From Actinomycetota bacterium (GTDB lineage Bacteria > Actinomycetota > Acidimicrobiia > Acidimicrobiales > VFJN01): 62,071 nt of DNA. Shown one piece after another: positions 8,598 to 17,303 of this stretch. Below the pieces are notes generated by a model. The model searched no databases, had not been told where the DNA came from, and was given only the letters and a program-made list of their open reading frames with translations. The position numbers were made by a program, and so were the translations under genes. How positions within the stretch are numbered: the first letter of the stretch is position 1; every line of letters starts with the position of its first letter. The DNA lies in contig JBKOUY010000009.1 of NCBI GenBank assembly GCA_046723645.1, positions 1 to 62,071 of the forward strand, in the 5' to 3' direction.

Positions 8598-10162
8598 GCC
8601 TCGGCCCCGCAGAGCTGCAGGTGCTGATCTCGCGGCTCACCGGCATCGCCGAGGAGATGGGCGCCGTCCTCAGGCGGGCCGCGTTCAGCCCCAACATCAA
8701 GGAACGGGCCGACTGCTCGGCGGCGCTGTTCACGCCGGCCGGCGAGCTGCTGGTGCAGGCCGAGCACATACCGGTCCACCTAGGGTCGATGCCGGCGAGC
8801 GTCGGGGCCGCGATCGAGGCGTTCGGGGGCGGCCTCGATGCCGGGGACCAGGTGGTGCTCAACGACCCCTTCGCCGGCGGGACCCACCTGAACGACATCA
8901 CGCTCGTGGCGCCGTGCGTGGTCGACGGCGAGCTGGTGGGGTGGGCGGCGAACCGCGCGCATCACGCCGACGTCGGCGGCTCGGCCCCGGGGTCGATCCC
9001 GGCCGACGCGACGGAGATCCAGCAGGAGGGGCTGCGGATCCCGCCCACGCGCCTGGACGAAAGCGTGCGGCGGCTGCTGCTGGCCAACTCGCGGACGCCG
9101 GCCGAGCGCATCGGTGACCTCGACGCGCAGGTGGGCGCCAACGTGGTCGGCGTCGGCCGCCTGGCGGACCTGGCCGGCGCCCCGGCGCCGCTGGCCGAGG
9201 TCGTCGACTACGGCGAGCGGCGCATGCGGGCGGCGCTGGCGGCCTTGCCCGACGGCACCTGGCGGGCCGACGACGTCCTGGACTCGACGGGCGCGGCCGC
9301 CGACCAGCAGCGACCGGCGCATGTCACCGTCGCCGTCACTGTCGTCGGCGACGGGGTGACGTTCGACTTCACCGGCACCGATTCGCAGGCGCGCGGCAAC
9401 GTCAACGCCGTGGCGGCGGTCACGGCCTCGGCCGTGTCCTACGCCCTCCGGGCCGCGGTCGATCCCTCGATCCCCGCCAACGGCGGCGCCCTGCGTCCGG
9501 TGCGCGTGGTGGCGCCGGCCGGGACGATCGTCGCCGCGCGTCCACCGGCCGCCGTCGGCGCCGGCAACGTGGAGGTGAGCCAGCGGGTGGCCGACGTGTG
9601 CCTCAAGGCCCTGGCGGAGCCCTGCCGGGCGCGCGTACCTGCCGCCGGCCAGGGCACGATGAACAACCTGCTGATCGGCGGGGACGGCTGGGTCTACTAC
9701 GAGACGGTGGCCGGCGGTCAGGGTGGTCGGCCCGTCTCCCCGGGGATGAGCGGCGTGCACACGGGGATGACCAACACGAAGAACACGCCGATCGAGGCGC
9801 TGGAGCGCACCTTCCCCCTGCGGGTCCTGCGCTACCGGCTGCGCCGGGGGAGCGGCGGTGCCGGCCGGCAGCCCGGCGGGGAGGGCATCGCGCGCGACCT
9901 CGAGGTCCTGGAGGCCTGCACGGTGTCGCTGATCACCGAGCGGCGGCTGAGCCGGCCGTGGGGCCTGTTCGGCGGCGAGCCGGGTGCCCCGGGGGAGAAC
10001 TGGCTGCTGCCCGACGGTGACGAGTCCCGGGCCGAGCCCCTGCCCGACAAGTGCACGGTCCGTCTCCGGGCCGGCGACGTCGTGCGCATGCTCACTCCCG
10101 GCGGCGGCGGGTGGGGCCTGCCGGCGCCCGCGGGGTCCCAGCACCGCTCGGAGACAACGTAA
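8594..10162 (+). CDS. hydantoinase B/oxoprolinase subunit
   Basis: EEMGAVLRRAAFSPNIKERADCSAALF, HIPVHLGSM, NDPFAGGTHLND, QGTMNN, TPGGGGWG; ATGA overlap with subunit A. Confidence 0.95.
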   Translation: MSLGPAELQVLISRLTGIAEEMGAVLRRAAFSPNIKERADCSAALFTPAGELLVQAEHIPVHLGSMPASVGAAIEAFGGGLDAGDQVVLNDPFAGGTHLNDITLVAPCVVDGELVGWAANRAHHADVGGSAPGSIPADATEIQQEGLRIPPTRLDESVRRLLLANSRTPAERIGDLDAQVGANVVGVGRLADLAGAPAPLAEVVDYGERRMRAALAALPDGTWRADDVLDSTGAAADQQRPAHVTVAVTVVGDGVTFDFTGTDSQARGNVNAVAAVTASAVSYALRAAVDPSIPANGGALRPVRVVAPAGTIVAARPPAAVGAGNVEVSQRVADVCLKALAEPCRARVPAAGQGTMNNLLIGGDGWVYYETVAGGQGGRPVSPGMSGVHTGMTNTKNTPIEALERTFPLRVLRYRLRRGSGGAGRQPGGEGIARDLEVLEACTVSLITERRLSRPWGLFGGEPGAPGENWLLPDGDESRAEPLPDKCTVRLRAGDVVRMLTPGGGGWGLPAPAGSQHRSETT

Positions 10163-10177
10163 GGGTCGTCGCTTACC

Positions 10178-10813
10178 GTGTCAGAGGTGCTGGCCCTCGA
10201 CCACGTGATCATCGTCGTTGCAGACGTCGACTCTGCGGCCCGGCGCCTCTACCAGGAGCATGGCCTCGCGTCCGTTGCGGGTGGGCATCACGCCGGCCAC
10301 GGCACCGGCAATCGCATCGTGCCGCTCGGAAGCAACTACATCGAGCTCATGGCCGTCGTCGATCGTGACGAGGCGGCGTCCAGCCCGCTCGGCTCGTGGG
10401 TGGCACAACGCCTTGTCGAGGTCGGCGAAGGGCCGGTGGCCTTGTGCCTGCGCACGGACGACATCACGGCCACGGCCCGACGGACCGGGTACACGCCGCT
10501 GGCGATGAGTCGCACCCGCCCCGACGGCGTCGAGCTCGCATGGCAGCTCGTGGCCCTCCAAGCCGCTTTGGCTGAAGGTCTTCCGTTCTTCATCCACTGG
10601 CACGTCGACGACGCCGATCACCCCGGCCGTGAGCTCGTCGAGCACCGTTGCGCTCCAATCGGCATCGACTGGGTCGAGATCGGCGGTGATGAGGACCGGC
10701 TCGCGTCCTGGCTGGGAGGCCATGAGCTTCCCCTTCGTCACGTCCAGGGTCCGCCCGGGCCACACCGGCTCGCCGTCGCCATGGCTGCCGGCGAGCCGAT
10801 CCTCATCAGCTGA
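10178..10813 (+). CDS. VOC/glyoxalase-like protein (Glyoxalase_3 type)
   Basis: LDHVIIVVAD, GGHHAGHGTGNRIVPLGSNYIEL, RTRPDGVELAW, LPFFIHW. Confidence 0.85.
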   Translation: MSEVLALDHVIIVVADVDSAARRLYQEHGLASVAGGHHAGHGTGNRIVPLGSNYIELMAVVDRDEAASSPLGSWVAQRLVEVGEGPVALCLRTDDITATARRTGYTPLAMSRTRPDGVELAWQLVALQAALAEGLPFFIHWHVDDADHPGRELVEHRCAPIGIDWVEIGGDEDRLASWLGGHELPLRHVQGPPGPHRLAVAMAAGEPILIS

Positions 10814-10840
10814 GTCATCGCCCGGGCGTGATGGGGTTGG

Positions 10841-11755
10841 TCAGGCGGACAGCGCCGCGGCTGCTTGGCCGAGCTTGTCGGCGCCGCCCGCGGTGAGCTC
10901 CTCGACGATCGCGACGAAGTTCGGGTGCTCCAGCCCGGAGACGAGGAACGTCCACCGGTACGAGCGCAGCTGGTGGGTCCGGATCTCGTCCCGCTCGGCG
11001 TCGGTGAACGTCCGGCCGGCGGCTGCCTGCAGCGCGTCGATGTCGAGCTCCGCCTGCTGAGCCAGGAGCCCGTCGACGGCGCCGCCCAGCTCGAGCAGCT
11101 CGTCGATGGCCTTCTCGCGCTCGTCGGCCGGGAGCGAGCTCGCGACCTCGTCGATCAGCAGGCTGTCCATGCGGGCGTGCCGGGACTCATCGATCCAGTG
11201 GAAGCGCAGGATGTCCCGGAACAGGTCGTCGAGCTCGGCGCGGTCGCGGACGTGCTCGACGTAGTGGAGCTGAGTGAACCACTCGATCATGCTGGTCAGC
11301 AGCAGCGCGGTGAGCGGAGAGGTGGCGAGGACGGCGCCGGCGACGTCCTCGCGCCCGGGCACCAGGCCGCAGCTTGTGCCGAACCCCGCCTCGAACTGAT
11401 CGCAGGCTCGGCGCAGCATCTCCTGGTGCTTGACCTCTTCCTCGGCGAAGCGCAGGAGGGTCCACAGCCGGGTCTCGTCGCCGTACACGTCGCCGCGGGC
11501 GTGGTCAACGACCATCGGCACGATGTACTCCTCGACGAAAGCGAAGATGTGGCAGTAGCTGTTGCCGCGGATCTGGTTCAGCATCCGCTTCTCGTCGTCG
11601 CTCAGGCAGCCGATGGCGCTGACGCCGGCGATCCGGTCGGGCAGGAACGGCTTGGTGAAGTCGAAGTCGCGGCCCCGGAAGCAGTCGTCCACCGTCCAGG
11701 CGTTCTTCACCGAGCCCTCGAGGCAGATCTTGTAGCTGTAGTCGTTCGTCAACAT
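10841..11755 (-). CDS. ferritin-like diiron protein (AurF/diiron-oxygenase-like)
   Basis: 304 aa from ATG 11755 with GAGAGAGGGAA RBS; ligand pattern VEEYI...EEEVKH...IEWFTQLHY...HWIDESRH (two ExxH motifs). Confidence 0.8.
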   Translation of the reverse strand: MLTNDYSYKICLEGSVKNAWTVDDCFRGRDFDFTKPFLPDRIAGVSAIGCLSDDEKRMLNQIRGNSYCHIFAFVEEYIVPMVVDHARGDVYGDETRLWTLLRFAEEEVKHQEMLRRACDQFEAGFGTSCGLVPGREDVAGAVLATSPLTALLLTSMIEWFTQLHYVEHVRDRAELDDLFRDILRFHWIDESRHARMDSLLIDEVASSLPADEREKAIDELLELGGAVDGLLAQQAELDIDALQAAAGRTFTDAERDEIRTHQLRSYRWTFLVSGLEHPNFVAIVEELTAGGADKLGQAAAALSA

Positions 11756-11774
11756 GTTGGTTCCCTCTCTGTCT

Positions 11775-11796
11775 CGTTCGATCGATCGACCGAATC
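11775..11796. promoter_or_regulatory. putative TetR operator, copy 2 (CGTTCGATCGATCGACCGAATC)
   Basis: 19/22 identical to the perfect palindrome at 15478-15499; 20 nt upstream of the diiron gene start. Confidence 0.75.
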
Positions 11797-11838
11797 CATA
11801 CGGAGTAGTGCTCGTGAATGGGACGTCATCGGGAGGCG

Positions 11839-13959
11839 TCAGACGAGCTCGGCGATGAGCCGGGCGGCGTGGGCGGCGCCGTCGGTTTCGACGTCGCGGT
11901 ACGCGACCGGCGCGCCGACGTGGTCGGCGATGGCCGCCGCGATCAGGTCGGGATCGCTCGTCGCGTAGTCCATGCACCGGCCCGCGTCATAGCGGTCCAG
12001 GCGGTGCCGGACGTGGAAGTTCTGCTCGAAGTGGTGCCGCAGCGGGAAGTAGAGGAAGGGCCGCTTCGCCGCGGCCAGCTCCATGGTCGTCGTCAGCCCG
12101 CCCTGCACGATGGCCAGGTCGCACACCGAGAGGTGCCGATAGAGGCGATCGACGTAGCCGCGCACCTCCAGACCGGGATCCCTGGGAAGGGGAAGGCTGC
12201 CGGGGTCGATGCGAGGCCCGGCGACGACCACCATCCGCAGCTCCGGAGTGCGCCGCTTCGCCAGGGGGTACGCGGCGATGACCTTCTCGAGCAGCGCCCG
12301 TCCGACGCCGCTGCCGCCCACGGCCACGATGCAGACCTGCTCGTCGTCGCGGTAGCCGAGCTCGGCCCGGATCGCCGGGATCTCGTCGGGGCCGGGCGGC
12401 ATGAAGCCGGTGATGTAGCCGCAGAACGAGAAGTGCGTCTCGGTCCAGGCGCGGATGCTCGGGAGGCCGCCGCCGAAGGTGCCCGGAACGATGTCGTCGG
12501 GGTTCCCGACGAAGATGGCGGCGTCCCGGATGCGCGGGTAGCGCGCGACGTGCTCGATCATCTCGGCGTTGTAGTCGGCGGTGAGGAACGCCTCGTGCTC
12601 GCCGCCGTCGGGCATCGGGAGATAGCCGACGAAGTCGGTCATCCAGACGTGGCCCCCCCGCTTGAGCTCGGGGTTCTCGTGCCAGAAGTGGTCGACGTCC
12701 CAGGCTTCGTCGCCGATGACGAGGTCGTACAGCCCCTCCTCCACGACCTCCTGGAACACCATGAAGTTGGCCACAAGGATCTCGTCCATCCGCCGGAGCG
12801 CCTGGAAGCAGTGCAAGTCGTGCTCGCATGACTCGGAGGCCATGTGCGCGGACTCGTTGGCCAGCCACGCACTGGCCGGATGGATCCGCTCGCCCTCCGC
12901 CTCGAGCACGCTCGTGACCGGGTGCTGGGCCAGCCAGTCGACCTCGAGGTCCGGACGGAGGCGCTCGAGCTCCTTCACCACGGCCACGTCCCGCCGAGCG
13001 TGCCCGAGCCCGATCGGCGACGAGAGGTACAACGCCCGCTTGGGCCGGTCGAGGCCCCGTGTCCAGACCCCTCCGCGCATGGGTGCCCCCTCGATCGAGT
13101 CGACGAACTCCTTGACCAGCCGGTTGACCTTGACCGGCTCGCGGCCGTGAGGCAGATGGCCAGCGCCCTCCAGGACTGCAAGCGTGCCGCCGGTCAACTC
13201 GGCCAGCCGCTGGCCCCTCGCCACCGGCTGGCACCGGTCCTCCGTGCCGTGGATGACGAGCGTGGGACACCGGACGCTCCGGCACAGCGCCTCGGCCGCG
13301 TCCCGGCTCTCCGGTGCGTCACGGCCCTCACGCTCGGCGATCATCGTCTCGGGATCGGTCTCGAGCGCCCACGAGACGGCATCCTCGTACTGCTTGGTGG
13401 AGTGGGCCTCGGGGAGCAGCTGGTCGAAGAAGAACCGCGGCCAGGCGGGGTAGTCCTGCCGCCAGAAGCGGCGGTTGCACAGCCCCCATCCGGTGGGATC
13501 GTCGACCTCGTCGGCCCAGCGCTCGGTCGGCTCGGCCCAGTGCTCGTCGCGCGGAGCGAGCGCGATGGCGGGAGCGATCGCCACGACGCCCGACACCCGA
13601 TCGGCGTGATCGGCGGCCAATCGCAGGGCCCAGGGCACCGCATGGCAGTGGGCGATGACGACCGCCCGCCTCAGCCCCACCGCGTCCAGCACGGCGACCT
13701 GGTCGGCGACGACCTCGTCCGGCCCGTAAGCGTCGCGTTCGGTGGGCCGGTCGGAACCGCCGTTCCCGCGTCCGTCGACGGTGACGACGAGATGGTGGCG
13801 GGACAGGAAGGGGACGAGGGCCTTCCACGACCGCGCGTGGGTGATGGGCGTGGACGGGACGAGCAGGAGCCCCGGCTCTCCCCGGCCGAAGACCTCGTAC
13901 GCGACCTTGACCCCCTCGCGCTCGACGACGTCGGCCCGGTCGGGCAGCCGCGCCCTCAT
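11839..13959 (-). CDS. alpha/beta hydrolase - GT-B glycosyltransferase (GT28-like) fusion protein
   Basis: N-half: DGRGNGGSDRP, IHGTEDR, LEGAGHLPH; C-half: SSPIGLGHARRD, VAVGGSGVG, AIVQGGLTTTMELAAAKRPFLYFP, HFEQ; start ATG 13959 overlaps upstream stop (706 aa). Confidence 0.85.
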   Translation of the reverse strand: MRARLPDRADVVEREGVKVAYEVFGRGEPGLLLVPSTPITHARSWKALVPFLSRHHLVVTVDGRGNGGSDRPTERDAYGPDEVVADQVAVLDAVGLRRAVVIAHCHAVPWALRLAADHADRVSGVVAIAPAIALAPRDEHWAEPTERWADEVDDPTGWGLCNRRFWRQDYPAWPRFFFDQLLPEAHSTKQYEDAVSWALETDPETMIAEREGRDAPESRDAAEALCRSVRCPTLVIHGTEDRCQPVARGQRLAELTGGTLAVLEGAGHLPHGREPVKVNRLVKEFVDSIEGAPMRGGVWTRGLDRPKRALYLSSPIGLGHARRDVAVVKELERLRPDLEVDWLAQHPVTSVLEAEGERIHPASAWLANESAHMASESCEHDLHCFQALRRMDEILVANFMVFQEVVEEGLYDLVIGDEAWDVDHFWHENPELKRGGHVWMTDFVGYLPMPDGGEHEAFLTADYNAEMIEHVARYPRIRDAAIFVGNPDDIVPGTFGGGLPSIRAWTETHFSFCGYITGFMPPGPDEIPAIRAELGYRDDEQVCIVAVGGSGVGRALLEKVIAAYPLAKRRTPELRMVVVAGPRIDPGSLPLPRDPGLEVRGYVDRLYRHLSVCDLAIVQGGLTTTMELAAAKRPFLYFPLRHHFEQNFHVRHRLDRYDAGRCMDYATSDPDLIAAAIADHVGAPVAYRDVETDGAAHAARLIAELV

Positions 13960-14825
13960 CGCCTGGCTCTCTCGACGAACTGCCGGATCAGCAGGTTGAC
14001 CCTCACCGGGTCGCGGACGTGCGGGAAGTGCCCGGACCCCTCGAGCGTGACCAAGGTCCCGCCGGTGCGTTCGGCCAGGGACGCACCCTGGGCGTGGATG
14101 CGGATTGCATCGTCGGACCCGTGGATCACCAACACCGGACACCGGACGTTCGCCGCGAGCCGACCGATCGCCCGGGGGGTGCAGTGGTCGAGGCCGTATT
14201 GGGTCGCGATCAACGTCGCCGGATCGATCTCCAGCGCCCAGCCCACCGCGTCCTCGTGCTGTTTGGTGGAGTGCGGCTCGGTGAACATCCGACCCACGAA
14301 GAACTCGACGAAGTCCCGGTAGTCGGCCTTCCAATGATGGGCGTTGTACTTCTCCCAGCCCGCTGGATCCTCGACCACCTCGTCGAACCGCTGGAGCACC
14401 ACGCGCTCGAGCGATGGGAGCGCGAACGGGACCGTGGGAGCGATGAAGATCGCGCCCAGCACGCGCTCCGGATGCTCGGCGCACAGATGCAGGGACCAGA
14501 GGGCGCCGCGCGAGACGCTGACGAGAACCGCGCGCTCGGTCTCCGTGGCGTCCATCACCGCCAACGCATCGGCGGCGAACTCGGCAGCGCTGTACGAGGC
14601 GGGACTTGCCGGCCGGTCCGACCGCCCGCTTCCCCGCCCGTCGAAGGTCAGCACGGTGAAATGCCGGGCCAGGTAGGGGACCTGGAACTTCCAATGGCGC
14701 GAGTGCACGAGCGACCACGTCGGGAGGAGCACGACTGTCGGCGTTCCGGAGCCGTGTCGCGCGCAATGGACGGTGACGCCGTCCCGGGTGACCGATCCTT
14801 CAGCGTCGGCGACGACGGCCCGCAT
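13956..14825 (-). CDS. alpha/beta fold hydrolase
   Basis: LLPTWSLVHSRHWKFQVPYLARHF, FDGRGSGRSDRP, elbow SVSRG, IHGSDD, GSGHFPH; start ATG 14825 (289 aa). Confidence 0.9.
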   Translation of the reverse strand: MRAVVADAEGSVTRDGVTVHCARHGSGTPTVVLLPTWSLVHSRHWKFQVPYLARHFTVLTFDGRGSGRSDRPASPASYSAAEFAADALAVMDATETERAVLVSVSRGALWSLHLCAEHPERVLGAIFIAPTVPFALPSLERVVLQRFDEVVEDPAGWEKYNAHHWKADYRDFVEFFVGRMFTEPHSTKQHEDAVGWALEIDPATLIATQYGLDHCTPRAIGRLAANVRCPVLVIHGSDDAIRIHAQGASLAERTGGTLVTLEGSGHFPHVRDPVRVNLLIRQFVERARR

Positions 14826-15444
14826 TCCTGGCGCCTTCCTTGTTTGCGTCTTCGTCGTCGCCCTCTTCGAGCATCCGCAGGACGTCGCCGATCCTGCGAA
14901 GGGCCGAGCGCGCCGGGATCGCGGCGTCGTCCAGACCGAGCAAGATGACCGTCTCGGCACCCAGGAACGGAAGCCCGGCGAGGGCCGCCACCTCCTCGGG
15001 CGTAAACGGGCCCAGGGTCCCGAAGCGTTCGTGGGCGCGGCGCGCGACACCGGTCAGCAGGTCGAACCAGGCGCGTATGTCCTGGCCGACCGAACCGGCG
15101 ATCTCGGCGTCGGACCAGCCCGCGGCGACCATCTCCTGCAGCACGCGGACGTAGCCGGACTCGAGGTCGTCGTCGAGGAAGTCGCAGGCCTGCTCCCACT
15201 GCTTCCACAGCGGGATGTCCGAGCCGAACATGGCGGCCTGCCGGCCGAGGAGCCGACGGTTCTCCTGCTCGAGCAGCTCCAGGACGAGCTTCTGCTTGGA
15301 CCCGAAGTGGTAGTGGATCTGGCTGAGCGGGACGCCGGCGGTCTCCGCGATCACCCGCGTCGACAACCTGGCGTACCCCACCTGGAGCAGGCTGGTCTTG
15401 GCCGCCTCCAGGATCCGTGTCCTCGTCTCGGGCTCACCGGCCAA
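14800..15444 (-). CDS. TetR/AcrR family transcriptional regulator
   Basis: TRTRILEAA...GYARLSTRVIAETAGVPLSQIHYHFGSKQKL; TTG 15444 with GGAGG RBS. Confidence 0.92.
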   Translation of the reverse strand: MAGEPETRTRILEAAKTSLLQVGYARLSTRVIAETAGVPLSQIHYHFGSKQKLVLELLEQENRRLLGRQAAMFGSDIPLWKQWEQACDFLDDDLESGYVRVLQEMVAAGWSDAEIAGSVGQDIRAWFDLLTGVARRAHERFGTLGPFTPEEVAALAGLPFLGAETVILLGLDDAAIPARSALRRIGDVLRMLEEGDDEDANKEGARNAGRRRRR

Positions 15445-15477
15445 CGAACGCCACCCCTCCGCCAGGACTACTGGCGC

Positions 15478-15499
15478 CGTTCGGTCGATCGACCGAACG
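15478..15499. promoter_or_regulatory. putative TetR operator, copy 1 (perfect 22-bp palindrome CGTTCGGTCGATCGACCGAACG)
   Basis: Perfect inverted repeat just downstream of a minus-strand TTGACA-17 nt-CAAGCT promoter candidate and upstream of the TetR start. Confidence 0.8.
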
Positions 15500-15542
15500 A
15501 AAGGAGCTTGCGCTAGCTCAGGTCGGTTGTCAAGACCCCGCG

Positions 15543-15567
15543 GGTTGCCGGTCCCCGTCGGGGGTAG
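15543..15567 (+). promoter_or_regulatory. SigB/SigF-type promoter candidate GGTT-N15-GGGTAG
   Basis: Motif about 45 nt upstream of ATG 15613; same spacing found at 49070-49094 and 55677-55701. Confidence 0.5.
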
Positions 15568-15612
15568 GACGCCAATGAGGACGGAGACTCGACGCCGAGA
15601 GGATGGAAGACG

Positions 15613-15984
15613 ATGGCCGTCACCGCATTCCAAGATCTTCCGCTGGCCGACCGGGACCGGGCGTGGGACGGCGACGCGGCCGAGAAGCGGGTCCGACGGT
15701 GGGCCGGGGCCGACGACACGCCCAACGCCAAGTACCGCGACGCGCACGTCTGGTACGACGCCGACGACAAGGACGAGTTCGGCGCCTACAAGCTCCTAGT
15801 CGCCGACGTCATCGACGGCCGATTGACCGCCGTCCCTCGGGGCGTCATGGCCGCGGGCGCGGTCATGCAGGGTTCGCGAGGAGGCGTCGATCTTCCGCGC
15901 AACGACATCGCACGAGTCAAGTCACACCTCGCCAAGTACTACGCCAAGATGGGCGACACCGCCCCGTGGGAGCGGGGCTCCTAG
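15613..15984 (+). CDS. conserved hypothetical protein (123 aa)
   Basis: GAGGATGGAAG RBS, strong GC3 coding bias; WDGDAA...YKLLVADVIDG...PRGV...QGSRGGVD pattern. Confidence 0.8.
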   Translation: MAVTAFQDLPLADRDRAWDGDAAEKRVRRWAGADDTPNAKYRDAHVWYDADDKDEFGAYKLLVADVIDGRLTAVPRGVMAAGAVMQGSRGGVDLPRNDIARVKSHLAKYYAKMGDTAPWERGS

Positions 15985-16946
15985 GAGGACCCGTCCCGTC
16001 GTGGAGCGTTGCGGCTGCGCCGGCGGGATCCGGGACCGGGGGCGGTCGCGTCGACCTCGAGGTTGTTCAGGCTGTCGGCGGCGGCGTCGAGGAACGCCGT
16101 CGCCGGGGCGGTCTGGCGCATGTCCTCGTGCCAGACCGCGACCAGGTGCCGGGGCTGAACCGGCGGGATCACCGAGATCAGGCGGGTGCCGGGGTGATCC
16201 GGATCGAGGGTGAGCCAGGGCAGCAGGGCGTGGGCCAGGCCGGCGGCGACGCAGCCCTGCAGGGTCGGATTGTCGTCGAACCGGTAGGGGAACCGGGGCC
16301 TGTGCGGCAGTCCGGTGAAGAGGTCGACGATGTGGGCGTGGTCGGCATCGGCCCGCCAGCCGATCAACGGCAACCGGGCGATGTCCTCCAGGCTCACATC
16401 GTCGCGGCCGGCCAGCTCCGACGACGTCGACGTCACGAAGACGTAGGGGTCGTGGAAGAGGTGCCGCGTCAGGAATGGGCCGGGCGGCAGCGGCAGGTTG
16501 ACGAACGCCAGGTCCAGCTCACCGCGCTCGACCCCCACCAGCAGGTGGCGGGGCTCGAAGGCCGGGGTGATCTGGACCTCGACCCCCGGCCACGACTCGA
16601 GGAACCGGCTCAGCAGTCCGGGCAGCACCCGGGCTCCCACGCTCTGGAGCACTCCCACGCGGAGGCTGCCGACCTGTCCGGTGGACAGCGCCGCGACGTC
16701 GGACTCGGCCGCGTGGAGCCGGGCGATGACGGCGTCGGCGTGGGGAAGGAACGCCTCGCCGATGTCGGTCAGGCGAACCCGACGGGGCCCGCCGGGTCGG
16801 TCGAACAGTGAGGCGCCGACGAGCCGCTCGAGCGCGGCCACCTGCTGGCTCACGCCCGATTGCGTGTAGCCGAGCTCGCGCGCCGCGGCGCTGAAGGAGC
16901 CCGTCGAGATCACGGCCCGGAAGGCGAGGAGGTGGCGCAGCTCGAT
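15981..16946 (-). CDS. LysR family transcriptional regulator (start codon unresolved)
   Basis: IELRHLLAFRAVISTGSFSAAARELGYTQSGVSQQVAALERLVG HTH plus substrate-binding domain; no canonical start near the HTH, so coordinates are given from the ATC at 16946. Confidence 0.88.
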   Translation of the reverse strand: MELRHLLAFRAVISTGSFSAAARELGYTQSGVSQQVAALERLVGASLFDRPGGPRRVRLTDIGEAFLPHADAVIARLHAAESDVAALSTGQVGSLRVGVLQSVGARVLPGLLSRFLESWPGVEVQITPAFEPRHLLVGVERGELDLAFVNLPLPPGPFLTRHLFHDPYVFVTSTSSELAGRDDVSLEDIARLPLIGWRADADHAHIVDLFTGLPHRPRFPYRFDDNPTLQGCVAAGLAHALLPWLTLDPDHPGTRLISVIPPVQPRHLVAVWHEDMRQTAPATAFLDAAADSLNNLEVDATAPGPGSRRRSRNAPRRDGSS

Positions 16947-17303
16947 GCCCTGCCATCTCGTCGCCGCCGGGTACGGACCCGCTGGCGGAGCCGGGCCGAT
17001 CTCGGCATCACGGTTGCCATCGGGGCCGAGATCAGTAGTAGTAGTGATGGAAATACACCCTAACCCGAACTTTACTAATGGTCGGGCATGGGTCAGGGTT
17101 GGACCGTTCCCGGATCCCGGCACCCGGCGATCCGGACGGGTGCAGGTCCGGTCACCCAGGCAGCCTCCGCCCTCCCCCGGAGGTGTGGCCGGGCCCACCC
17201 GCGCCGCTCCCCCCGATACTGGCCCCCAGCCGCAGGCCGGGGGCCAGCATCGTGTGGCGGGAGCAACGCTGGGGGCCGGGGCCGCCGAGCGGCCCGCTAC
17301 AGG

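Noticed and set aside
13960-14766. N-terminal extension giving a 975-aa fusion ORF
   Set aside because: It is an alternative frame over the upstream hydrolase gene; the real start is the coupled ATG at 13959
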